From Eledone cirrhosa (taxonomy: Eukaryota), in the NCBI GenBank assembly GCA_964016885.1, contig OZ024741.1, positions 339,078,001-339,142,000 of the forward strand: a DNA stretch of 64,000 nucleotides, given 5' to 3'. Under the pieces are notes generated by a model, which ran no database searches, was not told where the DNA came from, and saw only the letters and a list, made by a program, of their open reading frames with translations. Numbering within the stretch: the first letter of the stretch is position 1; each line of letters starts with the position of its first letter. Of this stretch, positions 1 through 13,124 are shown piece by piece. Made by a program: the position numbers and the translations under genes.

Positions 1-3000
1 TAATATAGCAGAGTTAGGGTGGGGGTGAGGTAATACAGTTATAATATAGCAGATGTAGGGGGGGGGGTGAGGCGATACAGTTATAATATGACAGAGATAG
101 GGTGGGGTGAGGTAATACAGTTATAATATGACAGAGATAGGGTGGGGTGAGGTAATACAGTTATAATATGGCAGAGGTAGGGTGGGGCTGAGGCAATACA
201 GTTATAATATGACAGAGATAGGATGGGGGTGAGGTAATACAGTTATAATATAGCAGATGTAGGATGGGGGTGAGGTAATATAGTTATAATATAGCAGATG
301 TAGGGTGGGGGTGAGGCGATACAGTTATAATATGACAGAGATAGGGTGGGGTGAGGTAATACAGTTATAATATGACAGAGGTAGGGTTGGGGTGAGGTAA
401 TACAGTTATAATATGACAGAGGTAGGGTTGGGGTGAGGTAATACAGTTATAATATGACAGAGGTAGGGTGGGGGTGAGGTAATACAGTTATAATATGACA
501 GAGGTAGGGTGGGGGTGAGGTAATACAGTTATAATATGACAGAGGTAGGGTGGGGGTGAGGTAATACAGTTATAATATGACAGAGATAGGGTGGGGTGAG
601 GTAATACAGTTATAATATGACAGAGGTAGGGTTGGGGTGAGGTAATACAGTTATAATATGACAGAGATAGGGTGGGGTGAGGTAATACAGTTATAATATG
701 ACAGAGATAGGGTGGGGTGAGGTAATACAGTTATAATATGGCAGAGGTAGGGTGGGGGTGAGGTAATACAGTTATAATATGACAGAGATAGGGTGGGGGT
801 GAGGTAATACAGTTATAATATGACAGAGGTAGGGTGGGGGTGAGGTAATACAGTTATAATATGACAGAGATAGGGTGGGGGTGAGGTAATACAGTTATAA
901 TATGGCAGAGGTAGGGTGGGGGTGAGGTAATACAGTTATAATATGACAGAGATAGGGTGGGGTGAGGTAATACAGTTATAATATGACAGAGGTAGGGTGG
1001 GGGTGAGGTAATACAGTTATAATATGACAGAGATAGGGTGGGGGTGAGGTAATACAGTTATAATATGACAGAGATAGGGTGGGGGTGAGGTAATACAGTT
1101 ATAATATGGCAGAGGTAGGGTGGGGGTGAGGTAATACAGTTATATTATGACAGAGATAGGGTGGGTGTGAGGTAATACAGTTATAATATGGCAGAGGTAG
1201 GGTGGGGGTGAGGTAATACAGTTATAATATGGCAGAGATTGGGTGGGGTGAGGTAATACAGTTATAATATGACAGAGATAGGGTGGGGTGAGGTAATACA
1301 GTTATAATATGACAGAGATAGGGTGGGGGTGAGGTAATACAGTTATAATATGGCAGAGGTAGGGTGGGGGTGAGGTAATACAGTTATAATATGACAGAGA
1401 TAGGGTGGGGGTGAGGTAATACAGTTATAATATGGCAGAGTTAGGGTGGGGTGAGGTAATACAGTTATAATATGGCAGAGGTAGGGTGGGGGTGAGGTAA
1501 TACAGTTATAATATGGCAGAGATAGGGTGGGGGTGAGGTAATACAGTTATAATATAGCAGATGTAGGGTGGGGGTGAGGCGATACAGTTATAATATGACA
1601 GAGATAGGGTGGGGTGAGGTAATACAGTTATAATATGGCAGAGGTAGGGTGGGGTGAGGTAATACAGTTATAATATGACAGAGATAGGGTGGGGGTGAGG
1701 TAATACAGTTATAATATGGCAGAGGTAGGGTGGGGTGAGGTAATACAGTTATAATATGGCAGAGGTAGGGTGGGGCTGAGGCAATACAGTTATAATATGA
1801 CAGAGGTAGGGTGGGGTGAGGTAATACAGTTATAATATGGCAGAGGTAGGGTGGGGGTGAGGTAATACAGTTATAATATGGCAGAGTTAGGGTGGGGTGA
1901 GGTAATACAGTTATAATATGGCAGAGGTAGGGTGGGGGTGAGGTAATACAGTTATAATATGACAGAGATAGGGTGGGGGTGAGGTAATACAGTTATAATA
2001 TAGCAGATGTAGGGTGGGGGTGAGGCGATACAGTTATAATATGACAGAGATAGGGTGGGGTGAGGTAATACAGTTATAATATGGCAGAGGTAGGGTGGGG
2101 TGAGGTAATACAGTTATAATATGACAGAGATAGGGTGGGGGTGAGGTAATACAGTTATAATATGGCAGAGGTAGGGTGGGGTGAGGTAATACAGTTATAA
2201 TATGGCAGAGGTAGGGTGGGGCTGAGGCAATACAGTTATAATATGACAGAGGTAGGGTGGGGTGAGGTAATACAGTTATAATATTGCAGAGGTAGGGTGG
2301 GGGTGAGGTAATACAGTTATAATATGGCAGAGGTAGGGTGGGGGTGAGGTAATACAGTTATAATATGACAGAGGTAGGGTTGGGGTGAGGTAATACAGTT
2401 ATAATATGGCAGAGATAGGGTGGGGTGAGGTAATACAGTTATAATATGGCAGAGATAGGGTGGGGTGAGGTAATACAGTTATAATATGGCAGAGGTAGGG
2501 TGGGGGTGAGGTAATACAGTTATAATATGACAGAGGTAGGGTGGGGGTGAGGTAATACAGTTATAATATGGCAGAGGTAGGGTGGGGGTGAGGTAATACA
2601 GTTATAATATGACAGAGGTAGGGTGGGGGTGAGGTAATACAGTTATAATATGGCAGAGATAGGGTGGGGGTGAGGTAATACAGTTATAATATGGCAGAGA
2701 TAGGGTGGGGTGAGGTAATACAGTTATAATATGGCAGAGGTAGGGTGGGGTGAGGTAATACAGTTATAATATGGCAGAGGTAGGGTGGGGGTGAGGTAAT
2801 ACAGTTATAATATGGCAGAGGTAGGGTGGGGTGAGGTAATACAGTTATAATATGGCAGAGGTAGGGTGGGGGTGAGGTAATACAGTTATAATATGGCAGA
2901 GGTAGGGTGGGGGTGAGGTAATACAGTTATAATATGGCAGAGGTAGGGTGGGTTTGAGGTAATACAGTTATAATATGGCAGAGGTAGGGTGGGGTGAGGT

Positions 3001-3862
3001 AATACAGTTATAATATGGCAGAGGTAGGGTGGGGGTGAGGTAATACAGTTATAATATGGCAGAGGTAGGGTGGGGTGAGGTAATACAGTTATAATATGGC
3101 AGAGGTAGGGTGGGGTGAGGTAATACAGTTATAATATGACAGAGATAGGGTGGGGTGAGGTAATACAGTTATAATATGACAGAGATAGGGTGGGGTGAGG
3201 TAATACAGTTATAATATGGCAGAGGTAGGGTGGGGGTGAGGTAATACAGTTATAATATTGCAGAGGTAGGGTGGGGTGAGGTAATACAGTTATAATATGG
3301 CAGAGGTAGGGTGGGGTGAGGTAATACAGTTATAATATGACAGAGGTAGGGTGGGGTGAGGTAATACAGTTATAATATGACAGAGATAGGGTGGGGTAAG
3401 GTAATACAGTTATAATATGGCAGAGGTAGGGTGGGGTGAGGTAATACAGTTATAATATGACAGAGGTAGGGTGGGGTGAGGTAATACAGTTATAATATGG
3501 CAGAGGTAGGGTGGGGGTGAGGTAATACAGTTATAATATGGCAGAGGTAGGGTGGGGTGAGGTAATACAGTTATAATATGACAGAGGTAGGGTGGGGTGA
3601 GGTAATACAGTTATAATATGACAGAGATAGGGTGGGGTGAGGTAATACAGTTATAATATGGCAGAGGTAGGGTGGGGTGAGGTAATACAGTTATAATATG
3701 ACAGAGATAGGGTGGGGTGAGGTAATACAGTTATAATATGGCAGAGGTAGGGTGGGGTGAGGTAATACAGTTATAATATGACAGAGGTAGGGTGGGGTGA
3801 GGTAATACAGTTATAATATGACAGAGGTAGGGTGGGGTGAGGTAATACAGTTATAATATGGC
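1..3862 (+). repeat. 40-41 bp G-rich minisatellite, ~95 copies, runs off the left edge
   Basis: Unit GAGGTAATACAGTTATAATATG(A/G)CAGAG(A/G)TAGGGTGGG(G)GT repeated head-to-tail with few variants. Confidence 0.98.
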
Positions 3863-3954
3863 TGGGGACAGACTCAGCCACCAATTCCGGCCAACATAGA
3901 TAAATGGAGATTAAAAATAATCATCCCTTATCATAATCATTTATCTCATTATTG

Positions 3955-4385
3955 TCACAACCAACATCACCACCATCACCACCAACACCACCATCACCAC
4001 TACCAACAACAACACCACTACCATCACTACCATCACCACCATCAACACCAACAACACCACTACCATCACTACCATCATCACCACCACCAACACCACCACT
4101 AATAGTACCACCATTACCTCCACTACCACAACCATCACTACAACCACGCCATCACCATCACCACCAATAGTACCACCATTACCTCCAATACCATCACCCT
4201 CACCACTAATACCCCAACCAGCATCACCACTACCACCACCACTACTACAGTACCATGGACCAACACCACCAACACCATCACCACCTCCAACATAATCATC
4301 AGCAGATCAGTGATTTCATGACCATCAACATCCAGTCCCTCCTAACACCACCACCACCACCACCACCACCACCACCACCACCACA
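3955..4385 (+). repeat. Degenerate (CAC/CCA/CAT)n trinucleotide tracts
   Basis: Seen directly; explains the low-complexity ORFs 3941-4170. Confidence 0.9.
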
Positions 4386-4586
4386 ATGACAACTCCCACA
4401 TGGATGTGTGAGCAGCCATAATGAAACATAACTATATACACACACACATAGATAGATAGATAGATAGATATACACATATATATAGATATAGATAGATATA
4501 CATACACACATATATATACACATACATATATACACACACACTCACATATATATATATATGTGTGTGTGTGTACATGTCTGTATAGT

Positions 4587-4618
<32 letters not shown>

Positions 4619-5015
4619 CACACATACAGTACCACCCCCTGCTCCCTCCACCCACCACCATTGCCATTATAGACAGAAAAGATAGATGTATGGAAGCTGC
4701 AGATATAAAAATGCCTGAGTGGACAGACAATTGCCAACCACACCCCATCAGACCATCATAACTGTTGACCTGTCTCCCAGGCAGGCGGCCACTAGCTTGA
4801 ACTCCTGCCAAATGTGTTTGTAGGACACTCTACTCTGTGTATGTATATATATATATATATAGAGAGAGAGAGATAGCTATATATGTGTGTATGTATGTGT
4901 GTGAGTGTGTATATATATCATCATTTAACATCCGCTTTCCCTGCTAGCAAGGGATATATATATATACACATATATATAATATATGTGTATATATATATAT
5001 GTATGCATATATGTA

Positions 5016-5073
<58 letters not shown>

Positions 5074-5326
5074 CATATATATAAACATATATATATATAT
5101 ATATATATATATTTCGTTTCTGAATTTGTTTAGCAAGATTCTTTATCTGAAATCGTGTGTTGAAACCGATATTGTTATACTTTGGGAGGGTCATGTTGCC
5201 AATAAGAAACACACGCACCAGTAACTTTCACTTCAGTTTATTATATATTTATAAATTTACAAATTTATAAATTTATAAATTTCTGGTTGGTTGGTTGGTT
5301 CCACCACCAGATAGTTGTTTATATAT

Positions 5327-5371
5327 AGTCATAGTCCTTTCGTCACACACTCTGTGACCTCTTCAGTGACT
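5327..5371 (-). ncRNA. Hammerhead ribozyme (inverted-arm copy of the Penelope HHR)
   Basis: Reverse complement of 8455-8499. Confidence 0.8.
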
Positions 5372-5968
5372 GGGGATTCCTTTCTTTGTTTCTGTGCCTC
5401 TCCTTTGTTCTGTCCTACGCCATTTTGTTTCTGTGTGTGTGTTGTGTGCTCAGTCTGCGTATGCGCCACATCCGGGTGTCTGTGTGTGTTTATGTTCATT
5501 TATCTATTTGTTTATTTATTTATTTATTTACATGTTACTGGTTGGTTGTTTGTTCTATGTGTGTGTGTGTTTTCATTTTGTCCTTAATTGTAAGTTGTGA
5601 TGTTGTTGTTCCACTCATATTTTCTATTTAATTTTGGTTGTAATTCTTTTATGTTTATTGCCTCTGTAATTTGTCTAAACATTGCATCTTTTCTGTGTGT
5701 AGATTCTATTTTTATTTCTATGTTCTCTAATTTACCCTTGTGTTCTATCTTAGCATGTTGGTAGAGTACAGATGATTCTTTATTATCTTGAAGGTCTCGC
5801 CAGTGTTCATTTATCCGTTCCCCTATACTACGAGCTGTCTCACCTATGTACACTATATTTTTGTCTCTACATTGTCATTCAGTACATCTTACACTACATT
5901 TCTAGTTTTACAGTTAATATGGGGGCTTATTTTACAGGTTATACATTTCTTATCTATACATGAGGGTC

Positions 5969-8242
5969 GATGAACAAACAGAAGCACAATTTAGTATAGC
6001 TAGATCCGAACTTAGAAATATTATAGAACAGTATAGCAAGAAGCATAATAGAATGGAGGCCCAGCAACTGGGAGAAAAATCTGCAAATGGCTTGCGTAAG
6101 CTCATGCAGCGCTCATGTAATGGAGAGATAGCATGCTTTCCAACAGACAAGTCTGGCAGAATGTCGGTCGACAGCCTGCCAAACTACATCCAGGCAATGC
6201 AACCCACATCACTAACACAAGAGAGGTAACACCACAGGAGCATGAGGATAGAGAAAAAGCCCTCAATGCCCATATGGTGATGTGGACGAATATAATGCAG
6301 CCCAACAAAAGGACTGCCAACAACTTCCAGGCCTGGAACAATGACGTGCCGGCGTTGTATGGGCTTCGAAAAGACCATAAAACGGGCTGTGAGACCCTGT
6401 CACGGGACCACCAACACGGCCAGTCTGTCTAGCTAACATTGCTAGTAACTACAGACTGTCCTACTTCCTCTCCCTGATCATACGCCCCATCATTGAAATG
6501 TCCCCAGATGTATGTGACAGCACGGAAGACCACCTCAGCAGAATCGGCGTGAGTAACCGATCTGGGGACCTAACAAACTGCATAATAGGCAGTATGGATG
6601 TTGTGTCCCTGTATCCATCTATTGACGTGGATTTTGCTGTGGAGAAATGCGTAGAAATGATCAGTGAGAGCAAGGTTGAGTTCCGTGTGATTGATACCAG
6701 TGAGCTGGGACTTCTACTTAAGCTTACCTATAATAATAGTTACCTAGACACATATGACCTTAGCAACCTGTGCCCTACAAGACCAGCAAGAGGCAGACCA
6801 CCTACCATTACCTCAATGGCCAAGAAAACCCACACAGATAGATGGAACGGGTGGACCAGAGCCATACGGACACCCGAAAACCACGATGAACTGAAGAAAA
6901 TGATTGCACATGCGGTAGGGGCCAGCATAAAACTAACCCTTAAGGAACATATGTTCAAATTTAATGGAAAAACATATGCCCAAGAGGAAGGAGCAGCCAT
7001 TGGTATTAGCATTGCAGGCGACATAGCTAACTTATTCATGGTATGGTGGGACAGTAGACTTAAACTTAAACTTAAAGAACAATTAGAAGACCCCTTAACC
7101 CTGATAATGTACTCCCGCTACGTAGATGATATAAACATCGTAGTTAAGACACCCCCACTAGAGAACAGTCAGGAACTAGAGAAAAACACAATGGAAAGCA
7201 TTCAGCAAATAGCAAACTCCATCCACCAGAGCATTAGAGTTACTATAGACTACCCAAGTAGACACCCCAACCATCGATTACCTGTACTAGACACAGAGCT
7301 CTGGTTAGATACAATTAACAACAAAAAACAAATCCTCCATTCCCATTATGCCAAACCCATGACTTCCAAACATCTGATCCACCGAAACTCGGCCATTTCG
7401 GACTATACCAAAATCAACATACTGATTGCGGATTTGGTACGGGTGATGAGAAATGTGTCCCGCATGTGTAACCCCGAAGAACTAGAGAGACACATACAAC
7501 ACTTCATCCACCGTATGCAGTTCTCTGGCTACAATCAGAGAGATAGAATCAGAGTGTATAGAGGAGCCAGAACCAAATGGGAAAAAATGGTAAATAATGA
7601 CATAAATGGGACCTGCCCCTTGTATAGGAGCAAATTTTGGAATAGAATAGAAAGAACTAGGAACAAGGCTAATAGAATAAACTCATGGTATGATAGCAAT
7701 AAATACCAGAGTGTAATGTTCATCGATACAACCCCTAGAGGCGAACTAGCCTACAAATTTAGAAGGGCCCTAAATAAACATAAACTCAATATTAAGATAG
7801 TAGAAAGACCAGGTACCTCTGTAAAAACATTTATTAGCAAGACATACCCTTTTCAAAGACCCTCATGTATAGATAAGAAATGTATAACCTGTAAAATAAG
7901 CCCCCATATTAACTGTAAAACTAGAAATGTAGTGTAAGATGTACTGAATGACAATGTAGAGACAAAAATATAGTGTACATAGGTGAGACAGCTCGTAGTA
8001 TAGGGGAACGGATAAATGAACACTGGCGAGACCTTCAAGATAATAAAGAATCATCTGTACTCTACCAACATGCTAAGATAGAACACAAGGGTAAATTAGA
8101 GAACATAGAAATAAAAATAGAATCTACACACAGAAAAGATGCAATGTTTAGACAAATTACAGAGGCAATAAACATAAAAGAATTACAACCAAAATTAAAT
8201 AGAAAATATGAGTGGAACAACAACATCACAACTTACAATTAA
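5969..8242 (+). pseudogene. Penelope-like RT + Cys linker + GIY-YIG endonuclease, frameshifted
   Basis: RT motifs TDKSG, LYGLRKDHK, PTRPVC, GSMDVVSLYPSI, QEEGAAIG, YSRYVDD, LPVLD. Linker CIDKKCITC..NCKTRNVV; endonuclease YIGETAR..ERINEH..LYQH..RQITEAINI..PKLN. Frameshifts near 6205, 6393 and 7935. Confidence 0.93.
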
Positions 8243-8454
8243 GGACAAAATGAAAACACACACACACATAGAACAAACAACCAACCAGTAACATGTAAAT
8301 AAATAAATAAATAAACAAATAGATAAATGAACATAAACACACACAGACACCCGGATGTGGCGCATACGCAGACTGAGCACACAACACACACACAGAAACA
8401 AAATGGCGTAGGACAGAACAAAGGAGAGGCACAGAAACAAAGAAAGGAATCCCC

Positions 8455-8499
8455 AGTCACTGAAGAGGTCACAGAGTGTGTGACGAAAGGACTATGACT
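8455..8499 (+). ncRNA. Type I minimal hammerhead ribozyme in the Penelope 3' region
   Basis: AGTCA-CTGAAGA-g-GTCACA gagtg TGTGAC-GAAA-GGAC-TA-TGACT: stem I AGTCA/TGACT, 6-bp stem II, minimal stem III. Confidence 0.82.
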
Positions 8500-8657
8500 A
8501 TATATAAACAACTATCTGGTGGTGGAACCAACCAACCAACCAGAAATTTATAAATTTATAAATTTGTAAATTTATAAATATATAATAAACTGAAGTGAAA
8601 GTTACTGGTGCGTGTGTTTCTTATTGGCAACATGACCCTCCCAAAGTATAACAATAT

Positions 8658-8686
8658 ATATATATATATATACATACATATATATA

Positions 8687-8756
<70 letters not shown>

Positions 8757-8797
8757 AATATATATAAATATATACATATATATATATAAATATATAC

Positions 8798-8828
<31 letters not shown>

Positions 8829-8931
8829 AATATATATAAATATATACATATATATATATAAATATATACATATATATAAACATATATAAATATATACATA
8901 TATATACATATATATAAATATATACATATAT

Positions 8932-8988
<57 letters not shown>

Positions 8989-9091
8989 TACATATATATA
9001 TATACATACATGTATATACATACATACATATATATATATACATACATGTATATACATACATACATATATATATATACATACATATATATAT

Positions 9092-9122
<31 letters not shown>

Positions 9123-9192
9123 AATAATATATATATATACATATATATCTATATATACATACACATATATATATATACATATATATATATAT
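8658..9192. repeat. (TA)n-rich microsatellite
   Basis: Seen directly; separates the Penelope element from the retrozyme array. Confidence 0.95.
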
Positions 9193-9358
9193 ATTAGAAA
9201 TTGGAATAAATGCTCTGAAATAGCGATATATATATGAATATAGACATAGAATATTCGAAAATATTCTGTATGTTTATAATAAACATTTTGAAGACCTAAT
9301 CGCTATAGAATAGAATACGTCACGTATTACAATTAGATTCTCGATAAAAGCAAGGGAA

Positions 9359-9401
9359 GTAATCTACGCGTTTCATTCTTGTTAGAATTCATCAGGACTA
9401 C
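9359..9401 (-). ncRNA. Type I hammerhead ribozyme, inverted copy
   Basis: Reverse complement of 9717-9759. Confidence 0.9.
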
Positions 9402-9716
9402 ATATCCAGTGCTTTTATCGAGCTAACAAGAATGAAACGCGTAGATTACTTCCCTTGCTTTTATCGAGAATCTAATTGTAATACGTGACGTATTCTATTC
9501 TATAGCGATTAGGTCTTCAAAATGTTTATTATAAACATACAGAATATTTTCGAATATTCTATGTCTATATTCATATATATATCGCTATTTCAGAGCATTT
9601 ATTCCAATTTCTAATTTCTGCCGGACCGGCAACCGCTCTTTCAAACCAGTTCCTGTACACAGCTAAGTATTCTATAAGTCTCTAGCTGTGTCATTCTCGA
9701 TAAAAGCACTGGATAT

Positions 9717-9759
9717 GTAGTCCTGATGAATTCTAACAAGAATGAAACGCGTAGATTAC
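9717..9759 (+). ncRNA. Type I hammerhead ribozyme (first of 7 complete copies, repeating every 310 bp to 11577-11619)
   Basis: GTAGTC-CTGATGA-ATTC taacaa GAAT-GAAA-CGCG-TA-GATTAC; predicted cleavage after GUA at 9753. Stem I is extended by a 16-bp helix, 9693-9708 with 9766-9781. Confidence 0.93.
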
Positions 9760-11867
9760 TTCCCTTGCTTTTATCGAGAATCTAATTGTAATACGTGACG
9801 TATTCTATTCTATAGCGATTAGGTCTTCAAAATGTTTATTATAAACATACAGAATATTTTCGAATATTCTATGTCTATATTCATATATATATCGCTATTT
9901 CAGAGCATTTATTCCAATTTCTAATTTCTGCCGGACCGGCAACCGCTCTTTCAAACCAGTTCCTGTACACAGCTAAGTATTCTATAAGTCTCTAGCTGTG
10001 TCATTCTCGATAAAAGCACTGGATATGTAGTCCTGATGAATTCTAACAAGAATGAAACGCGTAGATTACTTCCCTTGCTTTTATCGAGAATCTAATTGTA
10101 ATACGTGACGTATTCTATTCTATAGCGATTAGGTCTTCAAAATGTTTATTATAAACATACAGAATATTTTCGAATATTCTATGTCTATATTCATATATAT
10201 ATCGCTATTTCAGAGCATTTATTCCAATTTCTAATTTCTGCCGGACCGGCAACCGCTCTTTCAAACCAGTTCCTGTACACAGCTAAGTATTCTATAAGTC
10301 TCTAGCTGTGTCATTCTCGATAAAAGCACTGGATATGTAGTCCTGATGAATTCTAACAAGAATGAAACGCGTAGATTACTTCCCTTGCTTTTATCGAGAA
10401 TCTAATTGTAATACGTGACGTATTCTATTCTATAGCGATTAGGTCTTCAAAATGTTTATTATAAACATACAGAATATTTTCGAATATTCTATGTCTATAT
10501 TCATATATATATCGCTATTTCAGAGCATTTATTCCAATTTCTAATTTCTGCCGGACCGGCAACCGCTCTTTCAAACCAGTTCCTGTACACAGCTAAGTAT
10601 TCTATAAGTCTCTAGCTGTGTCATTCTCGATAAAAGCACTGGATATGTAGTCCTGATGAATTCTAACAAGAATGAAACGCGTAGATTACTTCCCTTGCTT
10701 TTATCGAGAATCTAATTGTAATACGTGACGTATTCTATTCTATAGCGATTAGGTCTTCAAAATGTTTATTATAAACATACAGAATATTTTCGAATATTCT
10801 ATGTCTATATTCATATATATATCGCTATTTCAGAGCATTTATTCCAATTTCTAATTTCTGCCGGACCGGCAACCGCTCTTTCAAACCAGTTCCTGTACAC
10901 AGCTAAGTATTCTATAAGTCTCTAGCTGTGTCATTCTCGATAAAAGCACTGGATATGTAGTCCTGATGAATTCTAACAAGAATGAAACGCGTAGATTACT
11001 TCCCTTGCTTTTATCGAGAATCTAATTGTAATACGTGACGTATTCTATTCTATAGCGATTAGGTCTTCAAAATGTTTATTATAAACATACAGAATATTTT
11101 CGAATATTCTATGTCTATATTCATATATATATCGCTATTTCAGAGCATTTATTCCAATTTCTAATTTCTGCCGGACCGGCAACCGCTCTTTCAAACCAGT
11201 TCCTGTACACAGCTAAGTATTCTATAAGTCTCTAGCTGTGTCATTCTCGATAAAAGCACTGGATATGTAGTCCTGATGAATTCTAACAAGAATGAAACGC
11301 GTAGATTACTTCCCTTGCTTTTATCGAGAATCTAATTGTAATACGTGACGTATTCTATTCTATAGCGATTAGGTCTTCAAAATGTTTATTATAAACATAC
11401 AGAATATTTTCGAATATTCTATGTCTATATTCATATATATATCGCTATTTCAGAGCATTTATTCCAATTTCTAATTTCTGCCGGACCGGCAACCGCTCTT
11501 TCAAACCAGTTCCTGTACACAGCTAAGTATTCTATAAGTCTCTAGCTGTGTCATTCTCGATAAAAGCACTGGATATGTAGTCCTGATGAATTCTAACAAG
11601 AATGAAACGCGTAGATTACTTCCCTTGCTTTTATCGAGAATCTAATTGTAATACGTGACGTATTCTATTCTATAGCGATTAGGTCTTCAAAATGTTTATT
11701 ATAAACATACAGAATATTTTCGAATATTCTATGTCTATATTCATATATATATATATATATATGTGTGTATAATATCTTGCATGTGTGCGTTTGTGTAGCT
11801 TTTGTGTATAAGTGTGCTGTATCTGTATGAATTGCACTGTATTTGTGTGCATTCTATATTTGCCCTA

Positions 11868-11928
11868 AGTGTGTGTGTGTGTGTTAGTGTGTGAGTGTGC
11901 GAGTGAGTGAGTGTGTGTATGTGTGTGT

Positions 11929-11981
<53 letters not shown>

Positions 11982-12170
11982 TGAGTGTGTGTGAGTGTGT
12001 GTCTGTATGTGTGTGTGTGAGTGAGTGTGTGTGTGTGTGAGTGTGTGTGTGTGTGTGTGAGTGAGTGTGTGTGAGTGAGTGTGTGTCTGTATGTGTGTGT
12101 GTGAGTGAGTGTGTGTGTGTGTGTGTGTATGTGTGTGTGTGAGTGTGTGTGTGTGTGTGAGAGTGTGTGT
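11868..12170 (+). repeat. (GT)n/(GAGT) microsatellite
   Basis: Seen directly. Confidence 0.95.
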
Positions 12171-12725
12171 TTCATGGGGATGACAAGAAGGAGAGGTGTT
12201 GGTGCAGTCAAGTTTATGTGAGGACCCACAGAATGAAGATGATGATGGTGATGGTGGTGGCGGTGGAGGGGATGACGACGATGATGGTGATGATGATGAT
12301 GATGGTGATAGGTAAGATGGTGGTAGTAATGGTAATGATGATGGTGCTGTTGATGATGGGTTTATGTTCATTTATCTATTTGTTTATTTGATGGTGCTGT
12401 TGATGATGGTGGTGGTGGTGGTGATATTTGGCAGTGGGTATCAGTTGTGGCAGGAAGTGTGATGATGATGATGATGATGATTAATAATAAAATAATAAAC
12501 CTCATCATTTTCTATAAGGTTTTTGCAGAATTCATATACATATTCATAATAGATAGACATACATACGCACACACACACATATTCATACATATGTGTGTAT
12601 GTGTGTGAGTGTGTACTCAAACAGCATCCCCACAGACTAATGACTGAAATAAATGTATAAAAGAAATATATATCATATATATATATATCATATATATATA
12701 CATATATTAATATATATATATATAA

Positions 12726-13028
12726 GGGTGATGTGTTGTGTCCTGGAGCAAGACACTTTATTTCACATTGCTCCAGTTTACTCAGCTGTAGAAATGAGAT
12801 AATAGGACTGGGGTCCCTATCATTCCACTATAAAGTGTACGTGGAGGTGCCACGGAAAAAAAAGCACCCAGCCCACACTATAAAGTGTACGTGGAGGTGC
12901 CACGGAAATAAAGCACCCAGCACTCACTGTAAATGAGGTTGGTGTTAGGAAGGGCATCCAGCTGTAGAAATCAAGCCAGAATCAGTTCCCGTCCCACCCT
13001 TACAAGCAGGGAAAAGCGGACGTAAAAT
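12726..13028 (+). mobile_element. SINE family A (RTE-tailed), 5'-truncated, with ~44-bp internal duplication
   Basis: Matches the reverse complement of the copies at 42551-42897 and 52137-52470. Confidence 0.85.
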
Positions 13029-13043
13029 ATTTATTGCGTATTG

Positions 13044-13124
13044 ACCTGTTATTCGCGTTTCGCAGAGGATTGGCTCAAGGAGTTATGGACCCAACTTCAT
13101 TATAGATCTGCTCCTCAGACTGGT
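13044..13124 (-). ncRNA. Degenerate type I hammerhead with long stem II
   Basis: Minus strand: ACCAGT-CTGAGGA-GCAGA...TCTGC-GAAA-CGCGAA-TA-ACAGGT; one stem I mismatch, imperfect stem III. Confidence 0.6.

Larger units (their letters stand above)
5112..8657 (+). mobile_element. Penelope-like retroelement (EN+, Naiad/Neptune-like), 5'-truncated, with inverted 3' duplication, inserted in (TA)n
   Basis: RT and GIY-YIG ORF remnants on +. 5169-5968 is the reverse complement of 7858-8657 (end coordinates sum to 13826 at both ends; ORF track mirrored). (TA)n on both flanks; hammerhead in the 3' region. Confidence 0.93.
9193..11750 (+). mobile_element. Non-LTR retrozyme: ~7.5 tandem 310-bp hammerhead-bearing monomers (9423-11750) preceded by an inverted 230-bp partial copy (9193-9422)
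   Basis: TCCTGATGAA recurs at 9721, 10031, 10341, 10651, 10961, 11271 and 11581 (period 310). Units look identical; no ORF; (TA)n flanks. Confidence 0.92.

Noticed and set aside
1-3862. CRISPR array
   Set aside because: No unique spacers, no cas genes, eukaryotic context.
8494-8530. SECIS candidate ATGA..AAA..GA after the Penelope HHR
   Set aside because: Helix II does not pair convincingly.
8556-9180. IYIY-type ORFs here and throughout the window
   Set aside because: Translations of (TA)n and (CA)n microsatellites.
9423-11750. CRISPR, 5S/tRNA/snRNA array or plain satellite
   Set aside because: Units are identical with no spacers and no Pol III boxes; the hammerhead explains the structure better.
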